This document shows, in pieces, positions 36,714 to 47,000 of a stretch of 64,000 nt of DNA. The translations under genes were made by a program, and so were the position numbers. The DNA is from an uncultured virus (IMG/VR IMGVR_UViG_3300027836_000010) (taxonomy: Duplodnaviria > Heunggongvirae > Uroviricota > Caudoviricetes). The stretch lies in IMG/VR virus record IMGVR_UViG_3300027836_000010; one strand, 5' to 3'. Below the pieces are notes generated by a model. The model saw only the letters and a list, made by a program, of their open reading frames with translations, was not told the DNA's origin and made no database searches. Positions within the stretch are counted from its first letter, which is position 1; each line of letters starts with the position of its first letter.

Positions 36714-38869
36714 TATATGACCCCAGTAAAGATAATGTAGTTAATGGTTATGTATGGATTCATAGAATTAAATGGCTGGCCTGTTAATGTTGAAATCATA
36801 TTTCCGCTGTTTCTTAATCCGCTTCCAGTACTAGAAACTGGCATACCAAGTCCAGGATCGGCTGCGGTATCTGCTCCTGCGCCGGGCAGACCTGCGGCGT
36901 AGTATTGTGCGTTGCCGCTGTTTAAATTGTGTTTATGATCTGGAACATTAGTAATATCTAAAGTAATATATTCTCTACTACCAGAATTGCCAGTGCCTGC
37001 GCCGAGTGTATCGGCAACAATATCTGTTACACGGTTAGCACTGCCTCCGCCTGCTGGAATTAAAACTGTTGGGTCAGCGGCATCCGGAACTGTTCTAGCA
37101 TTGTCCATGTTGTCGCGGCCTAATGGGAATCTACCCCGATAGTCTGGAAGCGCAAATGTAGCTTTGCCAATTAACTGACTTGGGGTTCTGTAAGTATAAC
37201 CAAGTATTCCAAATAGTTCAGAAAAATCGCCAATTCTTACTTCAGATCCGTCGCAAAATAAGTATCCAGCTGGTGGTGAAGTGCCCGCATACTGAATAAC
37301 AGCGCCAATTGGAACTGTTGGAATATTTTGTATAAATGTTTGTTTAGATACTTGTCTTAAACCAGTTCCTGATCTATATACTAGTAGTGTATCAGTTATA
37401 AATGAATCAGTAGTCGTTGTTTTATTAGCAATTAAATTTTGATTGACAGATGTTTGAAATATTTGATAACCACTTGGACTATCTACCTGTGGTGTTTGAC
37501 CGTCAAATATAATATCAGTAGTACTGTCTAAATCGCCACGAATTCGAAAATAAGTTGGACTTGCTAACTTGGCAGCTGATCCGCTAATGTTTCCAGCTAA
37601 TGAACCAGTAAACGATCCGTTGAACGCTCCGACAAACGATTGAGCATATATATTTCTAAAACGTCTAGTAGCTGTTCCTAAATCATATAAGTCTGTAGCA
37701 TCGTCACTCGAAGGTTGAATAACTGTTCCAGCTACTGGATCTCCTAGACTATCTACGTTAAGAAAATGTATACCACCATTAATACTAACGTCACCGCCAA
37801 ATTGCGATTGCTTATTAACAGACAATCCACCATTTGTTTGTATAGATCCTTGCCCTAGTACTGCGGCATCAGTAGTTCCTAATACAACTAAATCGCCATC
37901 AGTCGAAATTTTTCCAGCAACATCTAAGGATATGCCATTAGCGGCTACGCCTTTGCCAACTGCTACACTACCGGTAGCATCTAAATGAAGTCCGGTAACT
38001 GTTGTGCCGGCATTGTTTAATTTGAATCTAATATAGTTTCCGCTAGTCTTAGAACTTAATGAAGTGCTACTTTCGTCAGTAGTAATACTAAAACTTAAAT
38101 CACTACCAATACCTATACCGCCACTGTTTCTAACGTTTAACGGAAAGTTTGTAGTACTGGCTTCGTCTTTTCTTAAGAAGCTCGATGCTGATACCACATT
38201 GCCATTAACGACTAATGCGTCGGCTTTTTCTGCTGTGCCCCAAATCTTTGTTGGAGTAGTAGTGCTTGTAGCATCAATTGTACTAAGGTTAAGGCCTTGG
38301 CCAATTGAAGCAAAACCTAGTAATGTAGTTTTTGGTGTAAATGCCGCTTTGCTGATAATAGCAATTCTGCTGTTTTCAGAATACATGGTAATAACATTGT
38401 GGTCAATGTTAGATGTATCTGTAATTGTTTCAACGTCAGGACCTGTACGCAAGCCTGAACTGTATTGTGGGCCAATTAATAACCAGTTTGATCCTGAATA
38501 AACATATAATTGTTGATTGGCAGTATCTACCCATAAGTCGCCATTTAAACTGCTGGATACTGCGGGCACTGAGTCAGCTTTTTTAACTGTTCCAGCCGGA
38601 GTCCAGCTAGTGCCGTCGAATACTTTTAATAAGTTTACGCCGGCGCTGTTGTCATACCATAGTTGTCCTTGTACAGGATTACTAGGTGCTGTATTCCTAG
38701 CGAAATTTTCTAATAGATGTAAGAAATTTTCGGCCATTACTGGCGCATAACCAGCATAGTTTTTACCAGGAAATACTAAACTAGTTTCCTGATTAAGACT
38801 TTGATCTGCAACTGTTAAACTTGGTTTGGCAGGGTTTGTAGTTTCAGTAAATTTTACTTGATATGGCAT
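36713..38869 (-). CDS. Short tail fibre-like protein with a tail-collar domain
   Basis: Shared N-terminal domain; collar motif PIGAVIQYAGTSPPAGYLFCDG...FALPDYRGRFP...H.H...NPYITINYII. Confidence 0.8.
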   Translation of the reverse strand: MPYQVKFTETTNPAKPSLTVADQSLNQETSLVFPGKNYAGYAPVMAENFLHLLENFARNTAPSNPVQGQLWYDNSAGVNLLKVFDGTSWTPAGTVKKADSVPAVSSSLNGDLWVDTANQQLYVYSGSNWLLIGPQYSSGLRTGPDVETITDTSNIDHNVITMYSENSRIAIISKAAFTPKTTLLGFASIGQGLNLSTIDATSTTTPTKIWGTAEKADALVVNGNVVSASSFLRKDEASTTNFPLNVRNSGGIGIGSDLSFSITTDESSTSLSSKTSGNYIRFKLNNAGTTVTGLHLDATGSVAVGKGVAANGISLDVAGKISTDGDLVVLGTTDAAVLGQGSIQTNGGLSVNKQSQFGGDVSINGGIHFLNVDSLGDPVAGTVIQPSSDDATDLYDLGTATRRFRNIYAQSFVGAFNGSFTGSLAGNISGSAAKLASPTYFRIRGDLDSTTDIIFDGQTPQVDSPSGYQIFQTSVNQNLIANKTTTTDSFITDTLLVYRSGTGLRQVSKQTFIQNIPTVPIGAVIQYAGTSPPAGYLFCDGSEVRIGDFSELFGILGYTYRTPSQLIGKATFALPDYRGRFPLGRDNMDNARTVPDAADPTVLIPAGGGSANRVTDIVADTLGAGTGNSGSREYITLDITNVPDHKHNLNSGNAQYYAAGLPGAGADTAADPGLGMPVSSTGSGLRNSGNMISTLTGQPFNSMNPYITINYIIFTGVI

Positions 38870-38872
38870 CTG

Positions 38873-39481
38873 TTAAACTCCCGCTAGGCCGGTTAAGCTC
38901 TGAATACGCACAGTATAATCAATTTGAATTAATCTGTTGAGTGATTTTTGTACAGGATGGAAAATAACATGAGTTAACAACAAACTTTGCCCTGTAGTAC
39001 TATAAGATTTTAATCCTAATTCATCGAAAATGTAACTACTGTTTAAATCGTTAGCATTGTCAAATGCTTGTTGTCCACTTGGCTCGCCGTAGTCTAGTAG
39101 GCAAGTAATGAATACATCAGTGTAATTTGTGCCAGTTACGTGTCGAGTTTCAATAAAGTTACGAGTTGGGTCTGTATTGTTACTACTACGGTCATCAACT
39201 ACTTTACTATATGTTTGGTTATATAAACTAGCATTAGAGCCTGTTGAGTTGGCTGTCAAATAGGTAATAATACCAGTTGGATCAACTGCTGTGCCACCGT
39301 TGCCAAATGCCATTTCGTAAATAAATCCCTGGCCTGAATTAGCTAAACTTTGTGCTAAGGCTATACTAATGTTTTCGTAGTGGATAGCATTGCGCTTATT
39401 GATAAACACTTCACCCGTTTCTGGGTTATGAATCTTAATGTGTCCTTCAATATGAACGCCAGTTGTTTCTTTACTCTGCAT
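38873..39481 (-). CDS. Putative baseplate/tail structural protein
   Basis: Located in the structural block; FDELGL...THVIFHPVQKS. Confidence 0.55.
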   Translation of the reverse strand: MQSKETTGVHIEGHIKIHNPETGEVFINKRNAIHYENISIALAQSLANSGQGFIYEMAFGNGGTAVDPTGIITYLTANSTGSNASLYNQTYSKVVDDRSSNNTDPTRNFIETRHVTGTNYTDVFITCLLDYGEPSGQQAFDNANDLNSSYIFDELGLKSYSTTGQSLLLTHVIFHPVQKSLNRLIQIDYTVRIQSLTGLAGV

Positions 39482-39533
39482 AGTAGTCTCTCTTTATTCT
39501 ATATTTAGCTGAATTCATTATGTGCTAGTTTAA

Positions 39534-42500
39534 TTAATCCCACGATCCGCCCATTGCTTGCCAAGCACCGTCTGTAAAGATCAACATGTTTATGTCTCCA
39601 GTAGTAAATGGATAGTGCTCAAGGGTTGTGTATTGGTTACCAGCAACACGGGCATTAGCAACAATCACTGTGGCATTGTTGGTGCCAGTCTGTCTAACCA
39701 AGTGCATGACTTGTCCTTCCGCACCGTCTGCCAATGTATAGTAACCAGTAGTTAACTTATTAACAGATTTTGTCAGATCCAATTCTGTAGGAGTTGCTTG
39801 TACTACTCCATTAACTGTAATGGTGATTGTAGTACCTGCTGTGCCGCCGACGTCTCCGCTGTCAACTGTGCCCAACACATCGTTAACTGTTGCGGTGCCA
39901 CTGACGTTGGTAAATCCGTTAATAACGCCACCAAATACCACAACGGATAATGTTACCCCAGTTAGTGTAAACGGACCATATGTGCCATCAGTTAGTCCGC
40001 TTAACACAGAACTGGGAGTTAATCCAGTAACTACTCCAGTAGTTGTTGGTAGGATTACGCCAGTCTTAGCCACTGTGCCGGCTACTACTCGTGTTATTGC
40101 TCCTGGCAATGTTGTTGAACCGTCGTTGCCAAATCTCCAAACATTATTGGTTGTGTTAGGAGTGGTTATTTCAATACCACCATCAGTTGTGGTGCGAACA
40201 TTGTGATCATCGGTGCCCAAGAAGATACTGGTTTCAGCCAAGTTGCCTGTGGTCAAGTGTAGGTGATGCTCACTGTCAAATGTAGGTGCGTCAGCGTTGA
40301 TTAAGCCTGATTCAACTCCTAAACTTGCAGGGTCATAGTTATGGTCTTCAGGTGATACACGCAGAGTAAATTCATAGTCGTCACTGTCTATGACAATATT
40401 AATTTGCCCGGTATTGTCCGTTATAGTTACTGTGCCAAAATCTGAATCACCTATGCCAACACCTTCTGGGTTGATCCACCAGTAGAGCGTTTGGCCACTA
40501 TAAGTGGTTGAATATATAGTAAAAGTAAGAGTATCGCCAACTATACCAGTGTTATTATTATAATTTATCTCTATGCCGTTATCAGTGTAAGTATAGGATC
40601 CGCCGCCCTTGATCACCAACTTCTGACTGGCAACATCCGGGCTTGCTGGAGTAAGTTGAATTGTAGGATTGCTGGTAACATATCCTTCTGTGATAGTACC
40701 ACCTGCTGGTAATGTTACTGTGCCAGTATTGCCCAGAGTAACTGAATACAAACCGTTAACCAAACTGTTGTTACCGCCAGGTGCTGTGTATAGTGTACCT
40801 ATAAGGAAGGCGCTGACTTCTGTTCCAATAGTAACTGAGTCAGGCTCGACAGTTAACGCATTGTCTGAGTCAGTTAGATCGGCGTTGACTACTCCAATAT
40901 CACTGGCTGTGCCGTTGAGTGTGCCGCTGAGGTTTGCGGCTGTAACACTCCAAGGGCCTACTGCGAATACATTGCCTGTGTCTGAAATTTGTAGCACAGC
41001 GGCATAAGCCTGCTGGTCAAAACTACCAAATCCACCAGCCAGTGCCACATAACCCTGTCTAACTGCTATGTTGCTGCCACCACTTTCTGGGCCAAAAAAC
41101 GAACCAGCAAATGTCCAACTATCAGTGTTTTCAATAAATCGTTGCCATTCTACTAGGCCATCAAGACTGTATTTGGCCACTACCCAAGTAAACGTTGACG
41201 TAACATCATCACCATTAACACCTGATATATAAAGTTTGTCATCAGGTCCAACTACTATACTGGTAGCGGTTGAAACGCAATCGCCTGTTACACGACGGCT
41301 CCATTGTTTAACACCTGTGCTGTCAAATTTAACCAAGGCTATACCAATGTCTCCGCCTTCGATATCAAATTGTCCGCAAATGTAGATATTACCATTGCTG
41401 TCGATGTCAGCATCTGCTCCTGAGCAGTCATAGTCCGCGTCAAACTGTATGGCTTTTTGCCAAGCAATAGTTCCGTTGGCAGCATACTTGACCACTACCA
41501 TGCGATCGGACATGTCTTCACCCGTAGTTGTTCCTACTCTAACTTCCATGTTAGTGGAACCTGATCCTAACTGACTAGCATTAAAGGTAACAAGCAAGTC
41601 GCCCTCGTAGCGATTGCCAGCTGTATCAACAATGTTGCTAAATGTAGGAACGCCGCCAGCAAAGGTAACATCATAAGTTAAACCTCCCTGAGTTGCTCCT
41701 AGTATATCAGTAGTCCAGTCTGGATCGCTAGCAGGAGTGGCAGTTAGAGTAACAATCGTGCGATATGGTTCTGGATAATTAAGATTATCCACTGAACCAA
41801 CAGCCACTATCTCACCAGCGGGACCCACTGCCATACCATAGGCCTGTTCGTTAGTCTGACCGTCTAATTTTCTTGTCCATGTAACATTACCGTTGGTTTT
41901 GTCAATCTTAGTAACGGTTAGATAACTATCAGTTCCGTTGTTAGCATATCCAACCATAACGGGATTGCCAGTGGAGTCTACATCAACTACAGCACTTGAA
42001 CTGGCAAAGCCAAAATCATAAATTTTACTCCACGCTACGCTACCGTCGAGGCTGTCAATTTTAGTCAAGGTGGATACGTCATAGGTGTAAACGTCTCCGC
42101 CAGTTTGTCCAGCGACATAAATCCAACCATCCGCATTGTCCACGGCCAAGCCCCAACCGTCTGTTTCAAGATCGTCGGCAAATCTTGCTGTCCATATTTT
42201 AGTACCAGTGTCAGTATACTTGCCCACTGAGAAATATCTGCTGTCAGGTCCAATTCCGCCAGTTTGAAGATGGCTGAACAGAGCAATAACATTGCCGTCA
42301 CTGTCATATTCTACGCTGGTTGCGATTTGTGGGAAATCTTCTGTAGGAGCGTCCGACACAAATGTCTGTACCCAGATGTTGGGATCACTGCTAGTGCCAC
42401 CACCGCTTATAGTAATACCAACTAGGCCGGGTTCTATTTCTGTAATAGTGCCGTTGATTAAAATCTCTGTGACATTTTCAATGCTAGTGCTGGTGCCGTT

Positions 42501-42998
42501 ACCCACAGTTAATGAACCACCACCGCCACTATCTAACTCAACAAGATTGGCTTGAATTTTAGGACGATATGGAATCTGTGTCCAATTGTTAAGATTGAAT
42601 TGCGCAAAAGGAGTAGGAGTTGTGGTAGCCCACATGTTGCCTGCTTCTACACGAGTCTTGTCAGCGGCCGCAAACACACCTACTGATTCAACATTAATTG
42701 ATTCAATTTGGCCATCGTCTAGTTCGTCTACACTGTAAGTGGCCGCAACATAAAAATTACTGGCGGTGTCACCGTCATCAACTAGATACAAGTATTCAGC
42801 GTTGTCAATAACTGTGACAGCACCTTCATCGTCACCAAACGTATCTGGATTGGCGCCATCACGTTCATCAACTTCTTCTACTTTGAAAGTAGCCGCTCTA
42901 GTAACTCCAGGAATAACAACACCGTTGCTACCTGCTTGTAAATCAACACCACCAATAGTTAATGTTGAACTTTGTATTTCGAATGGTTTATTTGCCAT
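39534..42998 (-). CDS. Large beta-propeller-containing virion-associated protein
   Basis: Repeated blades (D.DGN.Y..G...K.D..G...W.R); acidic and Gly/Thr-rich. Confidence 0.65.
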   Translation of the reverse strand: MANKPFEIQSSTLTIGGVDLQAGSNGVVIPGVTRAATFKVEEVDERDGANPDTFGDDEGAVTVIDNAEYLYLVDDGDTASNFYVAATYSVDELDDGQIESINVESVGVFAAADKTRVEAGNMWATTTPTPFAQFNLNNWTQIPYRPKIQANLVELDSGGGGSLTVGNGTSTSIENVTEILINGTITEIEPGLVGITISGGGTSSDPNIWVQTFVSDAPTEDFPQIATSVEYDSDGNVIALFSHLQTGGIGPDSRYFSVGKYTDTGTKIWTARFADDLETDGWGLAVDNADGWIYVAGQTGGDVYTYDVSTLTKIDSLDGSVAWSKIYDFGFASSSAVVDVDSTGNPVMVGYANNGTDSYLTVTKIDKTNGNVTWTRKLDGQTNEQAYGMAVGPAGEIVAVGSVDNLNYPEPYRTIVTLTATPASDPDWTTDILGATQGGLTYDVTFAGGVPTFSNIVDTAGNRYEGDLLVTFNASQLGSGSTNMEVRVGTTTGEDMSDRMVVVKYAANGTIAWQKAIQFDADYDCSGADADIDSNGNIYICGQFDIEGGDIGIALVKFDSTGVKQWSRRVTGDCVSTATSIVVGPDDKLYISGVNGDDVTSTFTWVVAKYSLDGLVEWQRFIENTDSWTFAGSFFGPESGGSNIAVRQGYVALAGGFGSFDQQAYAAVLQISDTGNVFAVGPWSVTAANLSGTLNGTASDIGVVNADLTDSDNALTVEPDSVTIGTEVSAFLIGTLYTAPGGNNSLVNGLYSVTLGNTGTVTLPAGGTITEGYVTSNPTIQLTPASPDVASQKLVIKGGGSYTYTDNGIEINYNNNTGIVGDTLTFTIYSTTYSGQTLYWWINPEGVGIGDSDFGTVTITDNTGQINIVIDSDDYEFTLRVSPEDHNYDPASLGVESGLINADAPTFDSEHHLHLTTGNLAETSIFLGTDDHNVRTTTDGGIEITTPNTTNNVWRFGNDGSTTLPGAITRVVAGTVAKTGVILPTTTGVVTGLTPSSVLSGLTDGTYGPFTLTGVTLSVVVFGGVINGFTNVSGTATVNDVLGTVDSGDVGGTAGTTITITVNGVVQATPTELDLTKSVNKLTTGYYTLADGAEGQVMHLVRQTGTNNATVIVANARVAGNQYTTLEHYPFTTGDINMLIFTDGAWQAMGGSWD

Positions 42999-43016
42999 GG
43001 TCTTTCGCTTCCTATT

Positions 43017-44045
43017 TTATGGTTGTGTTCCGTACAATTCGGTAACTTGTGTTCTTATGTTAATGTTGTCAACACCTGTCGGAGTTGCTTTAATGTTAAA
43101 CGTTTGTGTTGCTAAAATATAATCGCTTGATATTGTAAATAACGGCCCGGCTCCTGTATAAACAACACCGTATACTGAGGTGTAGATAATATTAGCATTT
43201 TCGTCTATAGTTCCAATAATTTCACATGCTTGTGATTCATATCCGTTGACAATTTTTTCGGCAAACACAAACATCTTAACAGCACGTACACCGTCAATTT
43301 TAGAACCAGAATAAATCGTAGTAGCAACAGCAGAAACCACTGGAGAAATGTAACTATCACTAATATACACTCCGTCTGAAGGCAATTGTATTTTACCTGT
43401 TGATGTAAGTGCTAAAGAATGTACGCCGTTGTTTAGAGCTGTGACATTAGAAATTTGTAAATCTGCGCTTAGTACACCGTCGTTTATGGTTAGTCTGCTA
43501 CCAACTTTGACGCCGCCTAGTATCGAGGCAGAAGATGTTGGCAACGAGAATTGGTTAGTGACACTTAACACTCCGCTGTTCATACTCAGGCCGCTGCCGA
43601 CTTTGACGCCGCCTAGCACCTGAGCTGTAGCAATTGGTAAAGTGTAGGCTCCAGGATTGGCATTTAAGGTGCCGTCTGATTCTACATTTAATCCTTCACC
43701 AACCTTAATACCACCTAAGATATTTGTGTTAGCTCTAGGTAAACTGTACACAGGAGCACTTAATACACCGTTGTTAATTGAAACGCCAGTTCCTATTTTA
43801 ACAACGCCTGCTTCTAAACTACTAGCAGTCTTAGCAGAAACTAGTACTTCGCCGTAGCTACTGCTTACAACAACTCCGTTGCCAGCAGTAATTTTAGAAA
43901 CTATCTCTAAAGGTGCTCCGTTAGTGCCACCTAATAAAGTGTATAATTCTGTAAAATTATCATTAATTTTTTGGGCGCCAGTTCTGATAGCATCGCCAGT
44001 GCCATCGTTTATAACCAAACCAACGTTAATTACTTGCTTTGCCAT
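43017..44045 (-). CDS. Fibre protein with a T4 gp9/gp10-like N-terminus
   Basis: MAKQVINVG..NDGTGD.IR....KINDNF.ELY, followed by 3-4 LP.A....LGGVKVG repeats. Confidence 0.7.
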   Translation of the reverse strand: MAKQVINVGLVINDGTGDAIRTGAQKINDNFTELYTLLGGTNGAPLEIVSKITAGNGVVVSSSYGEVLVSAKTASSLEAGVVKIGTGVSINNGVLSAPVYSLPRANTNILGGIKVGEGLNVESDGTLNANPGAYTLPIATAQVLGGVKVGSGLSMNSGVLSVTNQFSLPTSSASILGGVKVGSRLTINDGVLSADLQISNVTALNNGVHSLALTSTGKIQLPSDGVYISDSYISPVVSAVATTIYSGSKIDGVRAVKMFVFAEKIVNGYESQACEIIGTIDENANIIYTSVYGVVYTGAGPLFTISSDYILATQTFNIKATPTGVDNINIRTQVTELYGTQP

Positions 44046-44048
44046 GTT

Positions 44049-47000
44049 TTATCCTTGATCCCACGTTCCAATTGTGCTGTCGTATGTGCCGGCTTCGCTA
44101 TCAAAATTATTTGGTATTCCGGCAGTGTTCTCATATTTACCAATATTTGCGTACCAAATGGCCGGTGCGGCTTTGAGGAATCTAGCAATTTTACTGTCAT
44201 CTTCAAGAACACTTGTTGTAGAATCCCACGGCGTTAGTGTGCGCTTAACTACAGTAACACGAGTTCCGAACTCAAGTTTATTAGTTAATACTAGCTGTTT
44301 ACTCTCACCGTCTACTGTAAATTCTGCCGGTAAACTAACATTACCCTCTGGGCTTTCTGGATGTATGTTTACGTTATGAACTGCGTAAGGCTTTTTCTTT
44401 AAACGAATATTACCAACAAAGAATGTCCATTTAGCCGTGTCAGTAGTAAACACAGCAGAGCTAGTATGTTCTACAACACAACGATAAGTGTAACTGCCGA
44501 CCTCAACAATATCATCTACTTTGTAGATAACAGTTGAACTCCAAGGCACACTTGAATAGCCGCCAACAAACACTTCAATGTCCGATGGCCAAGAAGTTGT
44601 TACATTACTTGCATTAGTTTCCTCATATAACCCTGGGACAAATGATAACGGTACTATGTTAGTGCCGTCAGATTTAACCTGATCAATTGTACTTGTTTCA
44701 ATGTACGGAATTGTTTCGCTTGCGCCAATGTCTTGTACATACGAACCTAATTTATGAACACGACTTACTCCAGTACCCAAAGTACCTCTACGCAACTGCC
44801 CCATAGTCCAAGTTGTTACAGCATTTAATCCTGTTCCAACAGTTTGAGATGTTAGAGTAAAGAACTCAATACGCTCGCCTCGAATTTCAATAATACCAGG
44901 CTTGTTGTTTGGTATACTAGGAGCATCAAAGTTACTAGCGTCTTCAACCTTGATAGTAATATCGTTATACTTTAAATCATTAACAAGTCTAGTTCTCTTG
45001 TTGGCATTTAAACGTTTGTAGTGTGTTCTGTTTAACATGTCTTTAAATTGCATGTAAGAAATTCCACTAGTTAGTACAGCACTACCGTAGGTAATAATTG
45101 TAAATTCATCAGCAGGATCTGGGTACAACGCTAATTTAATACTTTGTCTATCTTCGTTTAATTTAAAGTCAACGCTTGGTGTTAGTAAAGAACCATTCTT
45201 AATAACCCACACATAGTTGTCGTCAATAACGGATCTATCTAGCTTAATTGTGCCGCCTGCTAAGTTTCTATAATCGTAAAATGCCGGAGTATCAACCGTC
45301 AATACTAAATCGCTAGTAGTTTTAACAGCAGTACGTTGGATATTTAGAATGTCATGTTTATAAGAACTAATAACTTCAATCAATTGATTGCTGTCATAAG
45401 ATTGTGTAAACTCAATGCGGGCAGGTGTAAGAAGTGTTTTTGGAACATAGGTATATTCTTGTCCTTGACTAACGCTAATAATTAATTCTTTATTCAAATA
45501 TCTTGAGCGAATACTTTGATTAATCTTAACAGTAATACCAGAGATATCAACAATATAATCAACTCCAGATTGTAGCAAATTACCATCGGCATACACTACA
45601 ATATCTACAATAGATAATGAGTATGGAAGGAACTTTGCTGGGTCAACTGCGTAATTAACTCGTGTACCAGCTATAGTATAGAAACTTTGATTAGGACCTT
45701 TAAGTATTCGTTGGTCAACTCTTACTAGCATTTTTGATTCTACTGGTAAACTGTCGCCAACTTCATATTGTAAATCGTACAAGTCCGAACCGTTGCCTTG
45801 GAATCGTTGAGTCTTAGTAATAGAATATGTCTGCTCGTTGCCGCTAACAATGACATAATTAATCAATGAGCCGGCTGTTGGGGGAATACTAAAGAACAAG
45901 CCAAATCTATCAGCACTATCATAACTAGCATCAGTTCTAAATAATTCAGGAGTTCCAGGTTCAGCAGGAAGTCCGTTAACATAAACAAGATACGTTGCGC
46001 TAGGTACCCATGGCGCCTTAGTAATGAATTCAGTAGTTGAACCATCACCTATAAAATAATCTAAATCTAGTATACCAGAACCATTAAATCCAAAACTAAA
46101 AATTGAAACTAATTTACCTGCTGCCGGAGCAGTATTAAAATTAACAAGTCGATTTTTATAATCAATAGTGTAATCGTCTGTTAGTGTTTGAATCTCAGAT
46201 AATGATGACAATATTCCATCTATATCACGTTGCCCTTCTGTAAATTTAACAATCACTGCGGTTGGGCTATTTGGTTGCTGTGTAATTACAAACGAAGTAG
46301 TTACTCCGTCAGCAATGTAACTATCAACTTTAATGTTGGCGCTACCACTGCTTGGTCTGTCATATATTTTGATAGCAACAGCGTCAACAACTTGTCCTGG
46401 TACAACTTCTTCCGTAGCGGGACTTGTCGTTGGCGTTACAAATCCGTCACCGTCAACAATAATGTCGTCTGCGGCTAATCCAGTAGCACTTAATAAGTTA
46501 GTTGCTAAAAAACTGCCGCCACTTAAAGAAGTGTCATAATCTGCTTCTTGAGGACTAACTGCTCCGTCGCTAGAACTCTTGCGCCAGATAAATTTATCAC
46601 CATCACCAACAGTAAATGTTCCTGGCACACTAAACGTTTTGTATGTAGGATCAATTAACGAATCAGGAACCCCATCAGAAATGATTGTTTGCATAATTGC
46701 GCTGTCATTTTGTATTGGAGGTAAACTATCATATAACGCCTGTGCGGCAGTTACTTCTAATTGCTTAGTTGCTCTATTAGTTGCGTTAGTTGCTAAATTG
46801 TTATCAATAGTGGCTAAATCGTCTGTTGATGTAGCAATTGCATCCTCTGCAGCTGGAATAGAAGTATTAGTTAAGATATTAAGTTGACTTACAATTCCAG
46901 GGTACAGTGGGTTTGACGGCGACATACCAGCTAAAATAATGTTCAGCGAATTTAATTCTAATTGTAATGTGTATAACTGATTATTTAAATCTGCCAAATT

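Noticed and set aside
33452..44045. Diversity-generating retroelement or invertible fibre switch
   Set aside because: I saw no reverse transcriptase, invertase or near-identical template/variable repeat pair.
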